A DNA stretch of 64,000 nt, from NCBI GenBank assembly GCA_963709585.1, contig CAVPXI010000014.1, forward strand, positions 256,001-320,000, written 5' to 3'. The DNA comes from Candidatus Dormiibacterota bacterium (GTDB taxonomy: Bacteria > Chloroflexota > Dormibacteria > Aeolococcales > Aeolococcaceae). Under the pieces are notes generated by a model, which was not told the DNA's origin, did not search any database, and was given only the letters and a program-made list of their open reading frames with translations. Of this stretch, positions 60,502 to 64,000 are shown piece by piece. Within the stretch, counting starts at the first letter, position 1. Each line of letters opens with the position of its first letter. The position numbers and the translations under genes were made by a program.

Positions 60502-60731
60502 CGGAGGCTCGGAGCTCGCATAGCCGCAGCGTACCAGCAGCTCACCGGGTCAGCCGGTGGGGCAACGGATCGGCAACGACGTCAGATGCCCCGGTTTCGA
60601 TGGTGGTGGCGCTGCAACGGGCCGCAAAGATCGGTCTGACGAACGCTCCAAACGCCTCGCATCCCCCTACGCTGAGTCCGGCGACGCTCCGAGAGGGGGA
60701 GCGCCGCTCCTACCCCTTGTAGGATGCGCCG

Positions 60732-62429
60732 ATGGGTCGCCATCTCATCACGAGCGCCTTGCCGTATATCAACGGCGTCAAACACCTCGGCAACCTGGTC
60801 GGTTCGATGCTCCCCGCCGACGTGTATGCGCGCTACATGCGCCTGCGTGAGCACGAGGTCCTCTTCATCTGCGCGACCGATGAGCACGGCACACCGGCCG
60901 AGCTCGCCGCGGCGGCTGCGGGGCTGAGCGTTGCCGAGTACTGCGCCGAGCAGCACCAGATCCAGGCCGACCTCGCCCGGCGCTTCGGGTTGTCCTTCGA
61001 CCATTTCGGGCGCAGCTCGTCGGCGCAGAACGCCGAGCTCACCCGGCACTTTGCCGAGCAGCTCCGAGCCAACGGCATGATCGAGGAGCGCGTCACCGAC
61101 CAGGTGTACTCGCTCGATGACGAGCGCTTCCTGCCCGACCGCTACATCATCGGAACCTGCCCGCACTGCAGCTACGATCGTGCCAATGGTGATCAGTGCG
61201 AGAACTGTGCACGGCTGCTCGAGCCGTCGGATCTGATCAACCCGCGGTCCGCGATCTCGGGCAGCACCCGGCTCGAGGTACGCGCCACCCGCCATCTCTT
61301 CATCCGCCAGTCTTTGATGGCCGACCGGGTTCGCGCCTGGATCGACTCACACACCGACTGGCCGATCCTGGTGTCATCAATCGCGCGCAACTGGCTCAAT
61401 GTCGGGCTCGAGGATCGCAGCATCACGCGCGATCTCAAATGGGGCATCCCGGTGGGATGGCCGGGATTCGAGGACAAGGTCTTCTACGTCTGGTTCGACG
61501 CGCCGATCGAGTACATCGGCGCAACCAAGGAGTGGGCCGACCTCGACCCCGGGGTCCGGGACTGGCGCTCCTGGTGGTTCGACGCCGGCGACGTCCGCTA
61601 CACCGAGTTTCTCGGCAAGGACAACATCCCCTTTCACACCATCAACTTCCCGATCACGCTCATGGGATCGGGTGAGCCCTGGAAGCTGGTGGACTATGTC
61701 AAGGGCTTCAACTACCTCACCTACTACGGCGGCAAGTTCTCGACGAGCCAGCAGCGCGGCGTGTTCATGGACGCCGCCATCGAGTTGCTGCCGGCCGACT
61801 ACTGGCGATATGCGCTGCTCGCCTCGGCGCCGGAGTCGGACGACGCCGAGTTCACCTGGGAAAGCTTCGCGCTAACCGTCAACAAAGACCTGGCCGGCAT
61901 CTTCGGCAACTTCGTCCAGCGCACCCTCAAGCTGACCGAGAAGCTCTTCGGGATGACCGTTCCGGACGGAGGCGAGCCGGGTCCGGAGGAGGCGGAGCTC
62001 GCCGCCTCGCTCGACGCGGCGCTGGCGGCGTATGCGGGGGACATGGACGCGATGCGCTTCCGGCCCGCCGCGTTTGCCCTGCGCAGTCTCTGGACGCTCG
62101 GGAATCAGTACCTCGATCGCTGCGCGCCCTGGCACGAGACTGACATGGCGCGGGTCGCGTGCATCCTGCGCACGGCCATCAACGTCGCGCGCATCGAGGC
62201 GATCGTGTCGGCTCCGTTTGTGCCCTTCGGCTGCGATCGGCTCGCTTCGATCCTCGGTCTTCAAGCCGGCGAGCGCTCGTGGCCTGGCGCCGCGACCGAC
62301 GAGCTGCTGACGCTCGGGCCCGGGCGCACCCTGCAGATGGGCGATCCCCTGTTCCCGAGAATCGGCGACCGAAGCACGCTCGCAACCTGGGTCGCCGAGA
62401 TGGAACAGCGTTTCGGCGGCCCTACCTAA
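60732..62429 (+). CDS. metG: Methionine--tRNA ligase
   Basis: [18 protein letters not shown]...CENC zinc knuckle, [24 protein letters not shown]. Confidence 0.95.
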   Translation: MGRHLITSALPYINGVKHLGNLVGSMLPADVYARYMRLREHEVLFICATDEHGTPAELAAAAAGLSVAEYCAEQHQIQADLARRFGLSFDHFGRSSSAQNAELTRHFAEQLRANGMIEERVTDQVYSLDDERFLPDRYIIGTCPHCSYDRANGDQCENCARLLEPSDLINPRSAISGSTRLEVRATRHLFIRQSLMADRVRAWIDSHTDWPILVSSIARNWLNVGLEDRSITRDLKWGIPVGWPGFEDKVFYVWFDAPIEYIGATKEWADLDPGVRDWRSWWFDAGDVRYTEFLGKDNIPFHTINFPITLMGSGEPWKLVDYVKGFNYLTYYGGKFSTSQQRGVFMDAAIELLPADYWRYALLASAPESDDAEFTWESFALTVNKDLAGIFGNFVQRTLKLTEKLFGMTVPDGGEPGPEEAELAASLDAALAAYAGDMDAMRFRPAAFALRSLWTLGNQYLDRCAPWHETDMARVACILRTAINVARIEAIVSAPFVPFGCDRLASILGLQAGERSWPGAATDELLTLGPGRTLQMGDPLFPRIGDRSTLATWVAEMEQRFGGPT

Positions 62430-62495
62430 CGTTTGGCGCTTCTGGTGCGTTAGTAACCTTTTCGACAGGTCTCCGAGGTATTCTGTTGGGTACAG

Positions 62496-63344
62496 ATGCC
62501 ATCCGATTTCCCGGCACCACCACCGCCTCCTCCGCCGCTGGCCGAGTCCCTGGGTAAGGGAACCGGTCGAATTCGGCTGTTCGTGATCGGGCTGGCCATT
62601 GCGGTCGTCGGTGCCACCACAGGGTTCATCGTGACTCACGCCGCATCACCGAACTCGGCGAACACCGCCGCGGTGACCAAACCGAGCCCTTCGCCGTCAG
62701 CGCACAAGCCCTCGTTCGGCGGCCACAGCCCAGGCGGTTCGATGTGCGGAGCACCGTTTGCAGGCGACGGGTTTGGCGGACCGTCGTTCTTCTGCGGCGG
62801 GGAGACCGGCACGGTCATCAAGATCAGTGGATCGACGCTGACATTGCGGACGCTCGCGGGCACGGTCACGGTCACCACCACTTCGTCGACCACCTACAGC
62901 CGTGAAGAGCAGCAGGTACACCTCAGCGCCGTCAAGGTCGGCGACGTCGTTGCGGTGCGCGGGAGCCGGACCGGCACGTCGCCGACTGTGACCTCACCGA
63001 TCGCAGCGACAGCCATCACCGTCGAGGTACCGAGCATCTCGGGGCGCGTGCAGTCGGTGAGCGGCAAGACCGTCACGCTCGTTACCGGCGATGGGCAGCT
63101 CGCATACATCACCATCTCGAGCTCGACTGCGTATCACGGCGTCCGAGGCGCGACTGCGAAAAGCAGCTCGGTCAAGGCCGGGGTGTACATCGTGGCGCAG
63201 GGAACGCAGGTCGGCCTGACGACGCTCAACGCAGACAACGTCCAGGTGCTCGGGGCGTTGAGCTTTACTCCACACGGCTTCCCTGGCCATTCCAGCACTG
63301 TGCCCGAGCCCGCACAGTCAGGGAGCCAGGCCACCGCCGCTTAG
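62496..63344 (+). CDS. Membrane-anchored protein with tandem OB-fold-like (DUF5666-like) repeats
   Basis: N-terminal TM followed by two repeats of the type GTVxxISGSTLTL...TTY...VKVGDVVAVRG. Confidence 0.65.
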   Translation: MPSDFPAPPPPPPPLAESLGKGTGRIRLFVIGLAIAVVGATTGFIVTHAASPNSANTAAVTKPSPSPSAHKPSFGGHSPGGSMCGAPFAGDGFGGPSFFCGGETGTVIKISGSTLTLRTLAGTVTVTTTSSTTYSREEQQVHLSAVKVGDVVAVRGSRTGTSPTVTSPIAATAITVEVPSISGRVQSVSGKTVTLVTGDGQLAYITISSSTAYHGVRGATAKSSSVKAGVYIVAQGTQVGLTTLNADNVQVLGALSFTPHGFPGHSSTVPEPAQSGSQATAA

Positions 63345-63410
63345 GCTTGCGCCACGCCGAGCGCCTCGATGAGCGTTCAGGCACAGACGTCCTCCCAGGG
63401 CACGGCCGGG

Positions 63411-64000
63411 TCATGGTGACCGCTGCCGCATCGCGCGCGCCCGGCGGCGCAGCTCGCGACGCTGCTCAGCCTTCGCCCGGAGGTCACGGGCACTGTCGAG
63501 GCGCTCCTGCTCGCGTTCGAGCTTGCGCTTCGAACTCGAGGCGCGCGAGCACGGTCGGGTCGCCGGCCGCGGCGTCGCGCACCGCGCATCCGGGTTCCTT
63601 TTCGTGCTTGCAGTTGCGGAATCGGCAGTGCGCTGCAACCTCGGTGAGGTCGCCGAACACCTCGTCGATACCCGCGCCGGCGTCCCACAGACCGAGCTCC
63701 CGTGTGCCCGGCGTGTCGATGATGAGCCCGCCCCCCGGGAGCTCGATCAGCTCCCGGCGCGTGGTCGTGTGCCGGCCTTGCCGTCCGCGCGCACCTCGCC
63801 GGTGGCCAGCGTCTCGTTACCGGACAGCCGGTTGACCAGCGTCGACTTACCGGTACCGCTGGGCCCGACCAGGACGGCGACCAGGCCTTCGAGCAGCACC
63901 TCGCGCAGCCGCGCAAGCCCCGCGCCGGATGCGCTGACCGCGATGACCTCGGTGCCTCCCGCGACCGAACGTGCGGCGCGAAGATCGGCGTCGACATCGG
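63411..64000 (-). CDS. rsgA: Ribosome small-subunit-dependent GTPase A, 3' part, with frameshifts near 63778 and 63534
   Basis: Manual translation: GPSGTGKSTLVNRL, (G)RHTTTRRELI, IIDTPGTRELG, CRFRNCKHEKEPGC. Confidence 0.9.

Noticed and set aside
60540-60731. T-box or SAM riboswitch ahead of metG
   Set aside because: Core motifs are missing and metG has TAGGAT 6 nt before its ATG, consistent with a leaderless transcript.

Overview
High-GC bacterial chromosome segment made up mostly of core genes. The gene content (LysW-type lysine pathway, MshA-like enzyme, actinobacterial-type PepN and IS110, many apparently leaderless genes) suggests a Terrabacteria lineage such as Dormibacterota or Chloroflexota; this is an inference. 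In order, the window holds: the 5' part of a sulfite reductase with an upstream leader peptide; a his operon (hisC-Z-G-D-B-H-A-F-I, minus strand) divergent from an alpha-aminoadipate/LysW lysine operon with a Lys-Lys leader-peptide attenuator; several enzymes; tRNA-His and tRNA-Arg; two convergent GT-C membrane proteins; a complete nuoA-N operon extended by an FAD-binding protein and resB; pepN; mshA-like; a cobalamin riboswitch ahead of two membrane-anchored proteins resembling the separate alpha and beta halves of transcobalamin plus an ECF transporter; fpr; an archaeal-type TyrRS; trpS; dodecin; an intact IS110 whose bridge-RNA guides can be read directly and which sits in a -10 box; rfbD and rfbA; metG; and the 3' part of rsgA. 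About a dozen single-base frameshifts are probably sequencing errors, and most fall on one motif (GAGTC/GACTC), which points to a DNA-modification signature. All calls come from reading the sequence and from recalled family motifs; no searches were run.
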